This document shows, piece by piece, positions 30,073-41,511 of a stretch of 64,000 nucleotides of DNA. Location of the stretch: positions 2,272,001 through 2,336,000 of the forward strand of contig JASGHJ010000001.1 of the NCBI GenBank assembly GCA_047602405.1, given 5' to 3'. The notes below the pieces were generated by a model that was not told where the DNA came from, did not search any database, and saw nothing but the letters and a program-made list of their open reading frames with translations. The translations under genes were made by a program, and so were the position numbers. Numbering within the stretch: the stretch's first letter is position 1; each line of letters opens with the position of its first letter. This stretch comes from Anaeromyxobacteraceae bacterium (GTDB taxonomy: Bacteria > Myxococcota > Myxococcia > Myxococcales > Anaeromyxobacteraceae).

Positions 30073-30230
30073 GGCCCCCACCACCCCGCAGGGCCATCCG
30101 CCTCGGGCAGGGCGGCCAGGCGCCTGCTCGCCCGGTGGTCGGGCTGGCGCGACCCCGGCAGCCCCGTGGTATAAGGGATCGCCTCGTAGGTCCGAATTTC
30201 CCGGGGTTTTTCCCCGAAGCGAGGGTGACC

Positions 30231-30977
30231 GTGGTGCGAACCGTCGGGTTGCTCGCCGTCCTCTGTCTCGCGCTGCCCGCCGCGGCCGGGGGGCAGGCGT
30301 CCCCGCCTGCGCAGGAGCCCTCGGCACCCACGACGGCACCCGCAGCAGCCCCCGCCGACGCCGCGTCCCCGAAGGCCGTGTCCGCGAAGCCCCCGGCGCC
30401 CATGACGGCCGACGAGGTGAACGACCTCAAGGTCCGCACGCTCGAGGAGCGCGTCTCCGACCTCAAGGAGAAGATCTTCCGGACGAAGGCGCGCCTGATG
30501 AACCTGCAGGAAATGGTCATCGGCGGCGACATCACCACCGGTGCGAAGGCCGTCCTCGTGCACCGCAACGAGATGGGCTCGAGCTTCTACCTCGAGTCGG
30601 CCGCGTACGCGCTCGACGGCGCGCCGATCTACACGAAGGTGGACGTCGACGGCGACCTCGAGAAGCGCGAGGAGTTCGAGATCTTCAACGGGCGCGTCGT
30701 GCCCGGCAACCACCAGGTCTCGGTGCAGCTCGTCTACCGCGGCCACGGCTACGGCGTGTTCAGCTACCTCGAGGGCTTCCGCTTCAAGGTCCAGTCCTCG
30801 TACACGTTCGCCGCCGAGCCCGGGAAGGTGAACACCATCAAGGTGGTGGGCTTCGAGAAGGGCGGCCTCACGGCGGAGCTGAAGGATCGCCCGTCGGTCC
30901 GCTACGACGTGGACACGCAGCGCGAGGAGCAGGCGCCCCGCACCCAGCCCGCCGCGGCCGAAGGCACCGGGAAGTGA
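30231..30977 (+). CDS. Secreted coiled-coil + beta-sandwich protein, first gene of the Glt-like operon
   Basis: Signal peptide, coiled coil LEERVSDLKEKIFRTKARL, beta-rich domain; start approximate. Confidence 0.7.
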   Translation: MVRTVGLLAVLCLALPAAAGGQASPPAQEPSAPTTAPAAAPADAASPKAVSAKPPAPMTADEVNDLKVRTLEERVSDLKEKIFRTKARLMNLQEMVIGGDITTGAKAVLVHRNEMGSSFYLESAAYALDGAPIYTKVDVDGDLEKREEFEIFNGRVVPGNHQVSVQLVYRGHGYGVFSYLEGFRFKVQSSYTFAAEPGKVNTIKVVGFEKGGLTAELKDRPSVRYDVDTQREEQAPRTQPAAAEGTGK

Positions 30978-33292
30978 ACCTGCCGAGCACGATCGTCGCC
31001 GCGGTCGCGCTCGCGATCGCGGCGACCGGGCCCCGCCCCGCGAGCGCCGCCCCGAAGGGTGCGGCGCAGGACCCCGTCCGCCAGGCGGAGATCCTCGAGG
31101 CGAAGCTCTCGCAGCTCGAGGCGGTCGGCCCGATGGAGGACGAGGACCCGTCCGCCCGGCGCGTCCGCAAGTTCGCGCAGGCGGAGATCCAGTTCGCGCT
31201 GCGGGACTGGATGCACACCGGCATCCTCCTCGCCGAGCTCGTCGACGACCCGGCGTTCAAGGCCTCCCGCGACTACCCGCGCGCGGTCTTCATGCTCGCG
31301 GAGGCGCTGCGCGAGCAGGGCGCCTGCGTGCCGGCGCGCGTCCGCTACGACGAGCTCCTCGCCCTCCCCGCAGGCACCGCGATGCACCCGGCCAGCGTGC
31401 AGGGCGCGATGGCCTGCGCGGTGAAGGAGGGCCGGCCCGAGGTGGTCGGCCCGCTCTACGAGAAGGCGCAGGGCGTCTTCCCGGGGGGGCCGCCGCCCGA
31501 GGTCCGCTACCTCGCGGCGAAGTCGCTCTACCAGCGCACCGACCTCCCGGAGGAGCGCCGCCAGGCGCTCGCCGCCGCCGCGCTCGCGGACGTCCCCGCC
31601 CCGTACCTCTCGCAGGCGCGCTACCTCGAGGGCGTCATGCTCGTCGAGAAGGGCGACCTCGACGCCGCGCGGGTGAAGTTCGAGGGCTGCGCCGCCGACC
31701 TCGGCCCCGGCACCAGCGCGGACGTCGCCGAGCTGTGCACGCTCGCGGTGGCCCGCCTCCACGCCGACGCGGCCCGCCCCGCCGCCGCGCTCGACTGGTA
31801 CGCGCGGATCCCGCGCGAGTCGCCGCGCTTCACCGAGGCGCTCTACGAGATCGCCTGGAACTACGTGAAGGCGAAGCGCTACGACGAGGCGCTCAAGACC
31901 GCCGAGCTCATCACCGACCTCGCGCCCGAGACGCCGCTCGCGCCCGAGGCGACCATCCTGCAGGGGCACCTGCTCCTCAAGCTCGAGCGCCACGACGAGG
32001 CGATCGCCCGCTACGAGGAGGTCATCACCACCTACGCGCCCATCCGCGACGAGATCGACGCGATCCTCTCGATGCACGAGGACCCGGTCCGCTACTTCAA
32101 CGAGCTCATCGGCCGGCAGGGCAAGAGCTTCGACGTGGCGAGCGTGCTGCCGCCGGCGGCGGTGAAGTGGACGACCGGCAACGAGGAGGTCGCCACCGCG
32201 CTCGACATCGTCGGCGCGCTCGACGCCTCCCGGCGCGACGCCCGCGAGGCGGGCCAGCTCGCCGAGCGCATCGACCTCGCGCTGAAGCGCGGCGACGGCA
32301 TCGACGCGTTCCCGACGCTGCAGCGGGGCTACGCCTCGGCGGAGGCCATCGAGAACGGCGCCGCGCTGCTCGAGGGCGAGGTGGCGGCGCAGGCCGCCCA
32401 GGCCGCCGGCGCGCTCGAGCCCGAGCGCCGGGCGGCGTTCGAGGAGAACCGGGCGCGCGCCGCCGAGCTCCAGGCCCGGCTCGCGCGGCTCCCGCGCTCG
32501 CCCGAGGAGGCCGAGGCGCGCCTCAAGCGCCTGCGCGAGCGGCTCGACCAGGTCGACCGCTACGCCTTTCAGCTCACCCAGGCCGTCGACGGCCTGAACG
32601 CCGCCATCACCGGCTCCGAGAACTGGCTGCAGCGGTACCGCGGCGAGATCACCGGCGCCGCCGACGACCGGGGCGCCCTCTCCGAGGAGCTGCGCGAGCA
32701 CCGCCGCACCGCCGAGCGCTACGCCGAGGAGGCGCAGGCCCTCCGCGACGAGATCGCGAAGGAGCGCGACGCGGTGGTCGGGAGCGACGTCGTCCGCGAG
32801 GAGGCCGCGCTGCGCGACGCGTACCTCGAGGCGGTCGCGAGGGAGCGCGAGCTCCTGAAGGGCGCCAACCTCCCGCCCGAGCAGGCGAAGGCGCTCGCCG
32901 AGGCCGACGCGCTGGGCGCCCGGCTCGCCGGGCTCCGCGAGCGGGCCCGGGCCGTCGGCGAGAAGCTCCGCGGCGAGGCCGCGCGCCGCGCGGTCGAGGT
33001 GAAGCGCCGGGTCGCCTTCGAGCGCGCGGTGCTCGACGAGCAGGTCACCTCGCTCGACGGCGTGCAGGTGGACGCGAAGGACCTCGTGGGCCGCATCGCC
33101 TTCCGCGCCTTCGGCGAGGTCCGCGGCCAGTTCTACCGGCTCGTGCTCAAGGCCGACGTCGGGCTCATCGACGTCGCCTGGACCCGCAAGCGCGAGCGGC
33201 TCGACAGGATCCAGGAGCTCTCGAGGCAGAAGGGCGAGGAGCTCCAGCGGCTCGACCGCGACTACCGCGCGCTGCTCAGGGAGGTCAACTGA
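30974..33292 (+). CDS. Periplasmic TPR + coiled-coil protein (GltC-like)
   Basis: Signal peptide, TPRs (ALYEIAWNY), long coiled-coil C-terminal half. Confidence 0.75.
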   Translation: MNLPSTIVAAVALAIAATGPRPASAAPKGAAQDPVRQAEILEAKLSQLEAVGPMEDEDPSARRVRKFAQAEIQFALRDWMHTGILLAELVDDPAFKASRDYPRAVFMLAEALREQGACVPARVRYDELLALPAGTAMHPASVQGAMACAVKEGRPEVVGPLYEKAQGVFPGGPPPEVRYLAAKSLYQRTDLPEERRQALAAAALADVPAPYLSQARYLEGVMLVEKGDLDAARVKFEGCAADLGPGTSADVAELCTLAVARLHADAARPAAALDWYARIPRESPRFTEALYEIAWNYVKAKRYDEALKTAELITDLAPETPLAPEATILQGHLLLKLERHDEAIARYEEVITTYAPIRDEIDAILSMHEDPVRYFNELIGRQGKSFDVASVLPPAAVKWTTGNEEVATALDIVGALDASRRDAREAGQLAERIDLALKRGDGIDAFPTLQRGYASAEAIENGAALLEGEVAAQAAQAAGALEPERRAAFEENRARAAELQARLARLPRSPEEAEARLKRLRERLDQVDRYAFQLTQAVDGLNAAITGSENWLQRYRGEITGAADDRGALSEELREHRRTAERYAEEAQALRDEIAKERDAVVGSDVVREEAALRDAYLEAVARERELLKGANLPPEQAKALAEADALGARLAGLRERARAVGEKLRGEAARRAVEVKRRVAFERAVLDEQVTSLDGVQVDAKDLVGRIAFRAFGEVRGQFYRLVLKADVGLIDVAWTRKRERLDRIQELSRQKGEELQRLDRDYRALLREVN

Positions 33293-33294
33293 GC

Positions 33295-36200
33295 GTGAGG
33301 CTGCGCGCCGCCATCGCCGCGCTCGCCGCCGCGGCCCTCGCGCCCGCCGCCCCCGGCGTGGCGCAGGACCCGCCGCCGCCGCCGCCGCCGCCGCCGGTCG
33401 CGCCCGCGGACCGGCCGCCGCTCGGCCGCCCGGGCGCCCCCGTCGCGCCGCAGCCGCAGTCCCAGGCGCCGGTCGCGGCCACGCCCGCGCCGCCCGCGTC
33501 GCCGTTCCTCGCCGCGCCCGCCGGCTACGACCGCTGCGTCGAGAAGGGCGCGGGGCGGCTCGATCGCTCGCGCCTCGGCCTGGCGGCCGCCGAGACGAAG
33601 CCGCCGGTGGGCGACGCGCAGGGCCGCGCCGAGCTCGAGGCGGCCGTCGCGCGCTTCGAGGCCGAGGCCGGCGCGTACCGCGCCGAGGTCCAGCAGATCA
33701 TCCAGAAGCAGTTCGACGAGCGCCGGCGCTTCACCGGCGAGCACTACGAGCAGGCCATCCGCGACCTCGAGGTGCTCGAGCGCAGCGAGCGCGAGGCCGC
33801 CATCGCGCGCTTCGAGGAGTTCATCCGGCGCTACCCGGACGATCCGATCTACACGCCCGACGCGATGTTCCGCCTCGCCGAGCTCCACTACGAGCAGGCG
33901 AACGACGACTTCGAGGCGGCCGCGCAGCGGCAGCAGGCCGACGCCGCCCAGGCGCTGGCCGAGGGCCGCGAGGCGCCGCCCGAGCCGGTGAAGAGCTACG
34001 CCCGCTCGATCGCGCTCTACCAGCGCATCATCACCGGCTTCCCCGACTACAAGTTCGCCCACGGCGTGCAGTACCTGCTCGCGTACTGCCTCGGCGAGAT
34101 GGGGCAGGGCGAGGAGGCCGTCGCGGCGTACCGCGCCCTCATCGACCGCTTCCCGAGGAGCCCGTTCGTGCCCGAGGCCTGGGTCCGCCTCGGCGACTGG
34201 TACTTCGACGACACGCGGGCCGACTCGCTCGACGAGGCGGCCGGCGCGCTCGGGCACATCTTCGAGTACCCGGAGCACCCGCTCTTCGCGAAGGCGGTCT
34301 ACAAGCTCGGCTGGGCCTACTACCGGATGGACGACTTCCCGCACGCCGTCGAGGCGTTCTCGAAGCTGCTCGACCACTACGTCGAGGAGGCGGGGAAGAC
34401 CGGCCAGAAGCCGGGCGGCGAGGTGTGGCCCGAGGCGATCCAGTACTCCGCCATCTCCTTCGCCGACGAGCACGGGGGCGGGGTGGACCGCGCGAAGGCG
34501 TTCTACGCGGGGCTGGGCGGCAGGCCCTACGAGGCGGAGATCTTCCTCCGCCTCGGCGACGTCTACTTCGACGAGACGAAGTACGCGAACGCGGTCGCGG
34601 CCTACAAGGCGTTCCTCGAGCGCCAGCCCCTCGCCCCGGAGGCGCCCTCGGTGCAGGCGAAGATCGTGCTCGCCTGGTCGCGCGACCGCCAGTTCGACAG
34701 GGAGGCCGCCGAGCGCGAGGCCCTCGTCGCCGCCTACCAGGAGGGCTCGCCCTGGTGGCAGAAGAACCAGGGCGACCCGGATTCTGATCGCGAACGTCCG
34801 AGACCTCTCCGAGAAGAGCCTGCTCCGCGCGGCGAGCTTCCACCACGCGCAGGCCCAGGCCTACAAGGGCCAGGGCAAGCTCGAGGCCGCGGTGGCCGAG
34901 TACCGCATCGCCTCCCGCGCCTACGGCGACTACCTGACCCGCTTCCCGCACGCGAAGCAGGTGCACGAGCTCGCCTACAACTGGGCCGACACGCTCTACA
35001 ACGCGCTCGAGTTCGAGAAGGCCGCCCGGGTCTACGCCGCGGTCCGCGACGACCCCGCCGGCGACAGGTTCCGCGGCGACGCCGCCGTCTCGGCGGTCAT
35101 CTCCTGGGAGGGCGAGGTCACCCGCCTGCAGCGCGCCGGGCAGCTGCCGGATCGCAGGGTGCTGCTCTCCACCGACCGCAAGGCCGAGGAGCTCCCGAAG
35201 GTCGAGGCGCTCCCGCCCATCTTCCAGAGCCTCGTGCGCGACTCCGACGCGATGGTCGGCGCGGTGCCGGACCAGGAGAAGGCGCCCGCGATCGCCTACA
35301 AGGCCGCCGAGGTCTTCTACAAGTACAACGACTACGAGGAGGCGCGCTGCCGGTTCGAGGAGGTGGTCGCGCGCTGGCCGGGCTCGGAGGTCGCCACCTT
35401 CGCGGCGAACCTCATCATCGAGAGCTACCTGACCATGAAGGACTGGGACGCGGTGGAGAAGGCCTCCGCCCGCCTGCAGTCCGACAAGGTCGCCTCCAAC
35501 AAGACCCTCAACGCCAGCCTCCAGAAGTTCAAGCTGGGCGGCCGCTTCAACCGCGCCATGCAGCGCATGGACGCGAAGCAGTGGGAGCCCGCCGCGGAGC
35601 TCTTCCTCGCGCTCGTCGCGGAGGACCCGAAGCACGAGTTCGCCGACAAGGCGCTCTTCAACGCGGCCGCCTGCTACGAGGGCGCCCGGCGCTTCGAGAG
35701 CGCGCTCAAGCTCTACGAGCGGATCTACGCCGAGTACCCGCGGTCGACGCTCGCCGACGAGGCGCTGTTCAGGGTCGGCTTCAACGCCGAGAACACCTAC
35801 GAGTTCGAGAAGGCCGTCCAGAAGTACCTCTCCCTCGTCGAGCGCTACCCGAAGTCGAAGCACCGCAAGGACGCGCTCTACAACGCGGCCCGCTCGCTCG
35901 AGAACCTGCAGCAGTACGACGAGGCGGCGAACGCGTTCGTGCGCTACGCGCGCGCCTACCCGGACGCCGACGACGCGGCCCGCACGCTCTTCCACGCCGC
36001 GCTCGTCTACCAGAAGAACGAGGACGTCCGGCGCGAGGTGGCGGCGCTGCAGGACTTCGCGCGCCGCTACGCCCGCACGAAGGAGCACGAGCTCGTCGTG
36101 CAGGCGCACCTCGAGCTCGGCCTCGCCCAGGAGAAGCTGAGGGACCAGAAGAACGCCGTCGCGAGCTGGCGCGCGGCGGTGCGGGAGTTCGCGGCCCGGG

Positions 36201-36871
36201 GCCTGAAGCCCGAGGCGGCGCCGCGCGCGGCGAGCGCCGCCGCCGAGGCGCGCTTCCGCCTCGCCGAGCTCGACTTCGAGAAGTACGACCGGATCACGCT
36301 CCCCGCGACCAGCAACACCGGCAAGCTCAAGAAGGCGCTCGAGGCGAAGCTGGCGGAGGCGAAGAAGGTCGCCCCCCAGTACGACGAGGTGATGCGGTAC
36401 AAGCGGCCGGACTGGATCCTGGCCGCGTTCTACCGCAAGGCCCACCTCCTCGAGCGGCTCGCGCAGACGATCTACGAGGCCCCGCCGCCCCCGGAGTTCA
36501 AGCGGCGCGGGCAGGAGGAGTACCTCGCGGCCTACCAGGACGGGCTCGCGCAGTTCGCCCAGCCGTACGAGGAGCAGGCGGTCAAGGTCTACGTGGACGC
36601 GATCGAGGCCGCCCGGAAGCTGCACGTGAAGAACGAGTGGACGAAGAAGATCGGGGAATCGCTGGCCCGCTACCGGCCCCGCGAGTACCCGGTCCTCAAG
36701 GAGGCGAAGGCGCGGATGGTGACGGAGGACGTCACGCCGCTGCCGCTCGCCGACACGCCAGAGGGGCCTTCGAGGCGGGTGCTGCAGGGCGCTGGTGCGG
36801 AGGTTCCGCCCGTGGTGCCCGAGCCCGCCGCGACGGCCAGCGACGCGCCGGGGAAGACCCCGGCCAAGTGA
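33295..36871 (+). CDS. Large periplasmic TPR protein (GltD/AgmU-like), 1-nt frameshift near 34782
   Basis: Many TPRs (PDAMFRLAEL, YKLGWAYY, DALYNAA); removing one T joins the two frames. Confidence 0.75.
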
Positions 36872-36891
36872 CCCAGAACGAGAGAGCGACC

Positions 36892-38466
36892 ATGAACCCC
36901 ATGAAGCGCACCATCCTCCTCGCGGCCGCGTTCCTCGCGGCGGCCTGCGCCACCGCCGGCGGCGCGGGCGGCGGCTCCGGCGGCGCGGCCAGCCGCTACA
37001 AGCAGGCGGACAACGTCCCGCCCCGCGCGAACCAGCTCGCCGACGAGATCGAGAGCTCGTACTACGGCAACGGCGCCACCACGCAGGCCCGGGGCGACGA
37101 GGCCGCCCGGTCCGGCAACCTGGACCAGGCCCGCGCCGAGTGGAACCAGGCCGCGGGCATCTACGCCTCCTTCGCGGACAAGTTCCCGTCCAGCGACTGG
37201 GCCCTCAAGATCCGGTACGACGCCGCCTTCCTCTTCTTCCAGTCGCGGCAGTACGAGAGCGCGGCCACCCAGTTCATCAAGGTCTACAACGATCCGAACG
37301 CCCAGCCCGTCACGAAGGCGATGTCGGGCAAGATGCTCGCGATCACCTGGCAGGCGGCCGCGAACGCCGCGCAGAAGGCCGGCAAGATCGAGCCGATGCG
37401 GTTCACCTTCTCCGACCAGCGCGCCGGGAAGCCCCCCGAGCCGCGCGTGCCGCCCGCGGAGTGGAAGCGGTTCATCGACGCGGTGGACCTCTTCCTGCCC
37501 GTCTCCGACGCCGACCCCGAGCTCAAGAAGCCGGCCGCGGAGCGCCAGGGCTCCCCGCCGCCGTACTTCGCCGAGGTCTCCGGCGAGGTGAGCTTCGCGA
37601 ACGACAACATGCTCGACGCGCAGAAGCGCTTCGCGATGGTGCTCGACCGCTGGCCGGAGGAGGCCGAGTACGTCCAGAAGGCCTCCCAGCTGTACCTGCA
37701 GACCTTCCTCATCCTCGGCGACACGGCCGGCCACGAGGCCGCGATCCAGAAGCTCCGCGGCGTCGTCCAGGGCCAGCTCGCGAGGAAGGACGTCACCGAG
37801 GACCACCGGAAGATCTACGGGAAGATCCTCCAGGACCTCGAGAACGCGAACTCGGCGAAGCTCTTCGGCGCCGCCCAGAAGCTCCTCGAGGAGGGCAAGT
37901 TCGCCGAGGCCGGCCAGGCCTTCGAGACCCTCGCCGCCGACCCGAAGGGCGGCGACGCCCCGAACGCGCTGCACAACGCCGCGATCGCGTACGACAAGGC
38001 CGGCCAGAAGGAGAAGGCCGTCGCCATCCGCCAGCGCATCCTGAAGGAGTTCCCGGACTCGAAGACCGCGCCGATGAACCAGATCCAGCTGGCGCTGCGC
38101 GCGACCGAGGCGAAGAAGTACGACGAGGCGGTGAAGTACTACCAGGAGTTCCTGCAGAAGTGGCCGGGTGACCGCAACCGCTGCGTCGCGCTCCAGAACA
38201 TCGCGTCCACCTACGACACCGCGAAGAAGAAGGCCGACGCCGCCCAGGCGTACCTCGCCTTCGGCACCGACGGCGAGTGCGCCAAGCTCGACCCGAACAC
38301 GCTCGCGAAGGTGCTCTTCCGCTCCGGCGCGCTCGCCGAGCAGGTGAAGGACAAGGCGAAGGCGAAGCAGGCGTTCACGGCCTGCGCCGCGCTGCAGGGC
38401 GTGACCGACGTCGTCGCGAAGAGCCAGCAGGACGAGGCGAAGAACCGCCTCAAGGCGCTCAAGTAG
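36892..38466 (+). CDS. TPR lipoprotein
   Basis: MKRTILLAAAFLAAAC lipobox; TPRs (NALHNAAIAY). Confidence 0.8.
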   Translation: MNPMKRTILLAAAFLAAACATAGGAGGGSGGAASRYKQADNVPPRANQLADEIESSYYGNGATTQARGDEAARSGNLDQARAEWNQAAGIYASFADKFPSSDWALKIRYDAAFLFFQSRQYESAATQFIKVYNDPNAQPVTKAMSGKMLAITWQAAANAAQKAGKIEPMRFTFSDQRAGKPPEPRVPPAEWKRFIDAVDLFLPVSDADPELKKPAAERQGSPPPYFAEVSGEVSFANDNMLDAQKRFAMVLDRWPEEAEYVQKASQLYLQTFLILGDTAGHEAAIQKLRGVVQGQLARKDVTEDHRKIYGKILQDLENANSAKLFGAAQKLLEEGKFAEAGQAFETLAADPKGGDAPNALHNAAIAYDKAGQKEKAVAIRQRILKEFPDSKTAPMNQIQLALRATEAKKYDEAVKYYQEFLQKWPGDRNRCVALQNIASTYDTAKKKADAAQAYLAFGTDGECAKLDPNTLAKVLFRSGALAEQVKDKAKAKQAFTACAALQGVTDVVAKSQQDEAKNRLKALK

Positions 38467-38471
38467 TCGCC

Positions 38472-39872
38472 ATGGCCCGGCGCGCCCTCCACCTCCCCGT
38501 CGTCGGCCTCGCGGCGCTCCTCGCGCTCGCGGCGGCCGCCGGCTGCGCCTCGACCCAGAAGCCGGCGACCCCGGCCTCCGGGGCGCAGGCGGAGGGGGGC
38601 GCGCCCGCCAGGGTCCCGCCGGGCGGGTTGGTCGACGAGCCCGCCGGCGCCCCGCCCCCGCCGCCCGAGCCGGCCGCGCCCTCCGAGGCCGACCAGAAGA
38701 AGGCCCGGGAGAAGTTCGCCGAGGCCGTCGCGCTCGAGCAGCGCGGCGACCTCGCGCGCGCGGCGGACCGCTTCGAGGACGCGTTCGAGCTCGACCGGCG
38801 CCTCGGCCACGCGGCCGTGAACGCCGGGCTCCTCCGGGAGCGGCAGGACGATCCGAGGCGCGCCCAGTCCGCCTACCTCGCCGCGCTCGCGGCCCTGCCC
38901 GACTTCGCGCCCGCGGCGCGGAACCTCGCCCGGATGCGCATCCGGGCCGGCGACCTCGACGGCGCCGAGCGCGACCTGCGCGCCCGCGCGGCGAAGCTGA
39001 CCGACCCGGTGGGGCTGCGCATCGCGCTCGCCGAGGTGCTGCTCGCCCGTAACAAGGCGCCAGAGGCCGAGCAGGAGCTCAAGAAGGCGCTCAAGGTCGA
39101 CGAGAAGAACGTGCCGGCGATGGTCGCGCTCGCGACCGTCTACCACGCGAAGAAGCGCTACGAGCTCGCCCGCATGGTGCTCGAGAACGCCGCGCAGATC
39201 GATCCGTCCGACGCCGCGGTCCACCACCGGCTGGGCTTCGTCGAGCTCGCGCTCGGCGAGCGGGCCCAGGCGCTCGAGCAGTTCCGCACCGCCGTGCAGC
39301 TCCGCCCCGACTACGCCGAGGCCCAGGCCAACTACGGCGCGATGCTCGCCGACGCCGAGGACCACGACGGCGCCGTGACCGCGCTCGAGGCCGCCGCGCG
39401 CCTCATGCCCGCGAGCGCCAAGGTCTGGAACGACCTCGGCAACGCCTACCGCGGCCAGCGCGCGTTCGAGAAGGCGGAGGCCGCCTACCGGAAGGCCCTC
39501 GCGCTCGACGCCGGCCTCGTGGAGGCGCACTACAACCTCGGCGTCCTCTACCTCGACGGCGACAAGCCCGGCACCCCGGCGCTCTCGCGCGTCGAGCAGG
39601 CGGTCGCCTTCTTCGACACGTACGAGAAGAAGGGCGGCAAGGAGCCGAAGCTCGCCGAGTACCGCAAGGACGCCGCGAAGGCGATCGACCGCGAGAAGAA
39701 GCGGCTCGCCCGCGAGGAGAAGGACCGGGTCCGCAAGGAGGCCGAGGCGAGGCGGAAGGCCGACGAGGACCGGAAGGCGCAGAAGGCGCCGGCCGCCTCG
39801 GACATCCCGCTGCCGCCGCCGCCGCCGGGGACCTCGCTGCAAGGCAAGTCTGCGAAGGGAGGCACGAAGTGA
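38472..39872 (+). CDS. TPR lipoprotein (GltE/AglT-like)
   Basis: AAAGC lipobox; canonical TPRs (WNDLGNAYRG, AHYNLGVLY); position before gltF/gltG-like genes. Confidence 0.75.
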   Translation: MARRALHLPVVGLAALLALAAAAGCASTQKPATPASGAQAEGGAPARVPPGGLVDEPAGAPPPPPEPAAPSEADQKKAREKFAEAVALEQRGDLARAADRFEDAFELDRRLGHAAVNAGLLRERQDDPRRAQSAYLAALAALPDFAPAARNLARMRIRAGDLDGAERDLRARAAKLTDPVGLRIALAEVLLARNKAPEAEQELKKALKVDEKNVPAMVALATVYHAKKRYELARMVLENAAQIDPSDAAVHHRLGFVELALGERAQALEQFRTAVQLRPDYAEAQANYGAMLADAEDHDGAVTALEAAARLMPASAKVWNDLGNAYRGQRAFEKAEAAYRKALALDAGLVEAHYNLGVLYLDGDKPGTPALSRVEQAVAFFDTYEKKGGKEPKLAEYRKDAAKAIDREKKRLAREEKDRVRKEAEARRKADEDRKAQKAPAASDIPLPPPPPGTSLQGKSAKGGTK

Positions 39873-40141
39873 CCCGTCGCCTGCTTGTGGCCCTGTTCGG
39901 GGCCGTGCTAACGATCCTGCCGATGGCCGGCGCGGCGCAGGACGCCGCGCCCGCCGCCGCGAAGAAGCGAGAGGGGCCGCGCAAGGTGCTCCGGCTCCAG
40001 GAGCTGAAGGTGGAGGGGCGCATCCAGAAGCCCCAGGCCATGTTCCTCATGCCGCGCGCGACGCTGAACTACGGGGAGCTCGACCGGTCCGAGCCGGTCA
40101 CCCCGAGGGTCAAGGCCGCGGTCCAGAAGGCGCCGTTCTAG
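39869..40141 (+). CDS. Small secreted protein (GltF-like)
   Basis: 90 aa, signal peptide, VEGRIQKPQA motif, ends PF. Confidence 0.65.
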   Translation: MTRRLLVALFGAVLTILPMAGAAQDAAPAAAKKREGPRKVLRLQELKVEGRIQKPQAMFLMPRATLNYGELDRSEPVTPRVKAAVQKAPF

Positions 40142-40167
40142 ACCGGTCCCAAGGGAGCGAGACGACC

Positions 40168-41511
40168 ATGGCGGCACAGAAGGTCCTCCGCGTCGGGGTC
40201 ATCCAGGGCGGAAAGATCGTCGAGGAGCGGATCTTCCCGGCGCGCGCGTCGGTGACGATCGGCTCGTCGCAGAAGGCGAGCATCGTCGTCCCGGCCTCGG
40301 ACCTGCCGGCCGCGTACCAGCTCCTCTCGTTCCAGGGCTCCGGCTACGTGCTGCACTTCGAGGAGTCGATGGAGGGGCGCATCCAGAGCCCCCAGGGCGC
40401 CTCCGAGCTCGGCGCGATCATCGCCCAGGGCGGCGCGAAGCAGAGCGGCAAGAGCTACGCGCTGTCGCTCCGGGAGGACCACCGCGGCAAGGTGATGCTC
40501 GGCGAGGTCACCGTCCTCTTCCAGTTCGTCGCGCCGCCGCCCGAGGCCCCGAAGCTCGTGCTGCCGCGCGAGGCGAAGGGCAACCACTTCAAGAGCATGG
40601 ACCGGCTCTTCGTGAGCCTGCTCACGGTGTCCCTGCTCACGCACGGCTCCTGCTACGGCGTCCTCGCGAACACCGAGGTGAAGAAGGAGGTCACCCTCGA
40701 GGAGATCCCGGACCGCTACGCGAAGCTGCTCATCCCCGAGAAGCAGCCCGAGCGCCCGAAGCCCGTCGAGGAGAAGCCCGCCGCCACGACCGAGGCCGCC
40801 CCCGCGAAGCAGGAGGAGGCGAAGGCCGAGCCCGACGCGGGCAAGAAGCAGGGCTCGCCGGCCGAGGACGCGCAGAAGAAGGCCGCGCACGCCGCGGCGG
40901 TCGCGAAGGCGGTGCAGTCGAAGGGCATCCTGAAGGTGCTCGGCTCGCTCGGGCCCGGCGGCGGCGGCGGCGCGGTCGCCGACGTGTTCGGGAGCGGCGG
41001 CGGCATCGGCGACGTCGCGACGGCGCTCTCCGGCGCGGGCGGCGTGGCGGTGGCCACCGACCCCGGCGCGGGCGGCGGGCGCAAGGGCGGCGGGCAGGGC
41101 GGGGCGGCCTCCATCGGCGACCTCGCGACGAGCGGCGGCGGCAACGTCGGCCTCGGCACGAAGAGCGAGGTGCGGGTCTCCGGCTCGGTCGCCACCGAGG
41201 CCGCCGAGATCGACTCCTCCGAGATCGACCAGGGCAAGCTCAACGGCTTCGTGCGCGCGCGCATGGGGCTCGTGAAGGCCTGCTACGAGAACGCCCTCAA
41301 GCGGAACCCGAACCTGAAGGGCAAGCTCACCATCCGGTTCACCATCCTCGAGACGGGCGGGCTCGCGGACATCGTCACCGCGCTCAACACGATCGGCTCG
41401 TCCGACGTCGCGAGCTGCATCATCGGCACGATGCGGACCTGGCGCACGCAGTTCCGGCCGTCCGGGCCGGTGACGGTCGAGTACCCCTTCGTCTTCTCCC
41501 CGGTGAACTGA
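40168..41511 (+). CDS. TonB/TolA-like protein (GltG / AgmX-PglI C-terminal domain)
   Basis: Cytoplasmic N-domain, TM helix with SLLTH, Gly-rich linker, CYENALKRNPNLKGK..YPFVF. Confidence 0.82.
   Translation: MAAQKVLRVGVIQGGKIVEERIFPARASVTIGSSQKASIVVPASDLPAAYQLLSFQGSGYVLHFEESMEGRIQSPQGASELGAIIAQGGAKQSGKSYALSLREDHRGKVMLGEVTVLFQFVAPPPEAPKLVLPREAKGNHFKSMDRLFVSLLTVSLLTHGSCYGVLANTEVKKEVTLEEIPDRYAKLLIPEKQPERPKPVEEKPAATTEAAPAKQEEAKAEPDAGKKQGSPAEDAQKKAAHAAAVAKAVQSKGILKVLGSLGPGGGGGAVADVFGSGGGIGDVATALSGAGGVAVATDPGAGGGRKGGGQGGAASIGDLATSGGGNVGLGTKSEVRVSGSVATEAAEIDSSEIDQGKLNGFVRARMGLVKACYENALKRNPNLKGKLTIRFTILETGGLADIVTALNTIGSSDVASCIIGTMRTWRTQFRPSGPVTVEYPFVFSPVN

Noticed and set aside
31735..38466. 2243-aa ORF
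   Set aside because: Composite of a shadow frame, the 5' half of the GltD-like gene and the lipoprotein starting at 36892, joined by the frameshift and lack of stops
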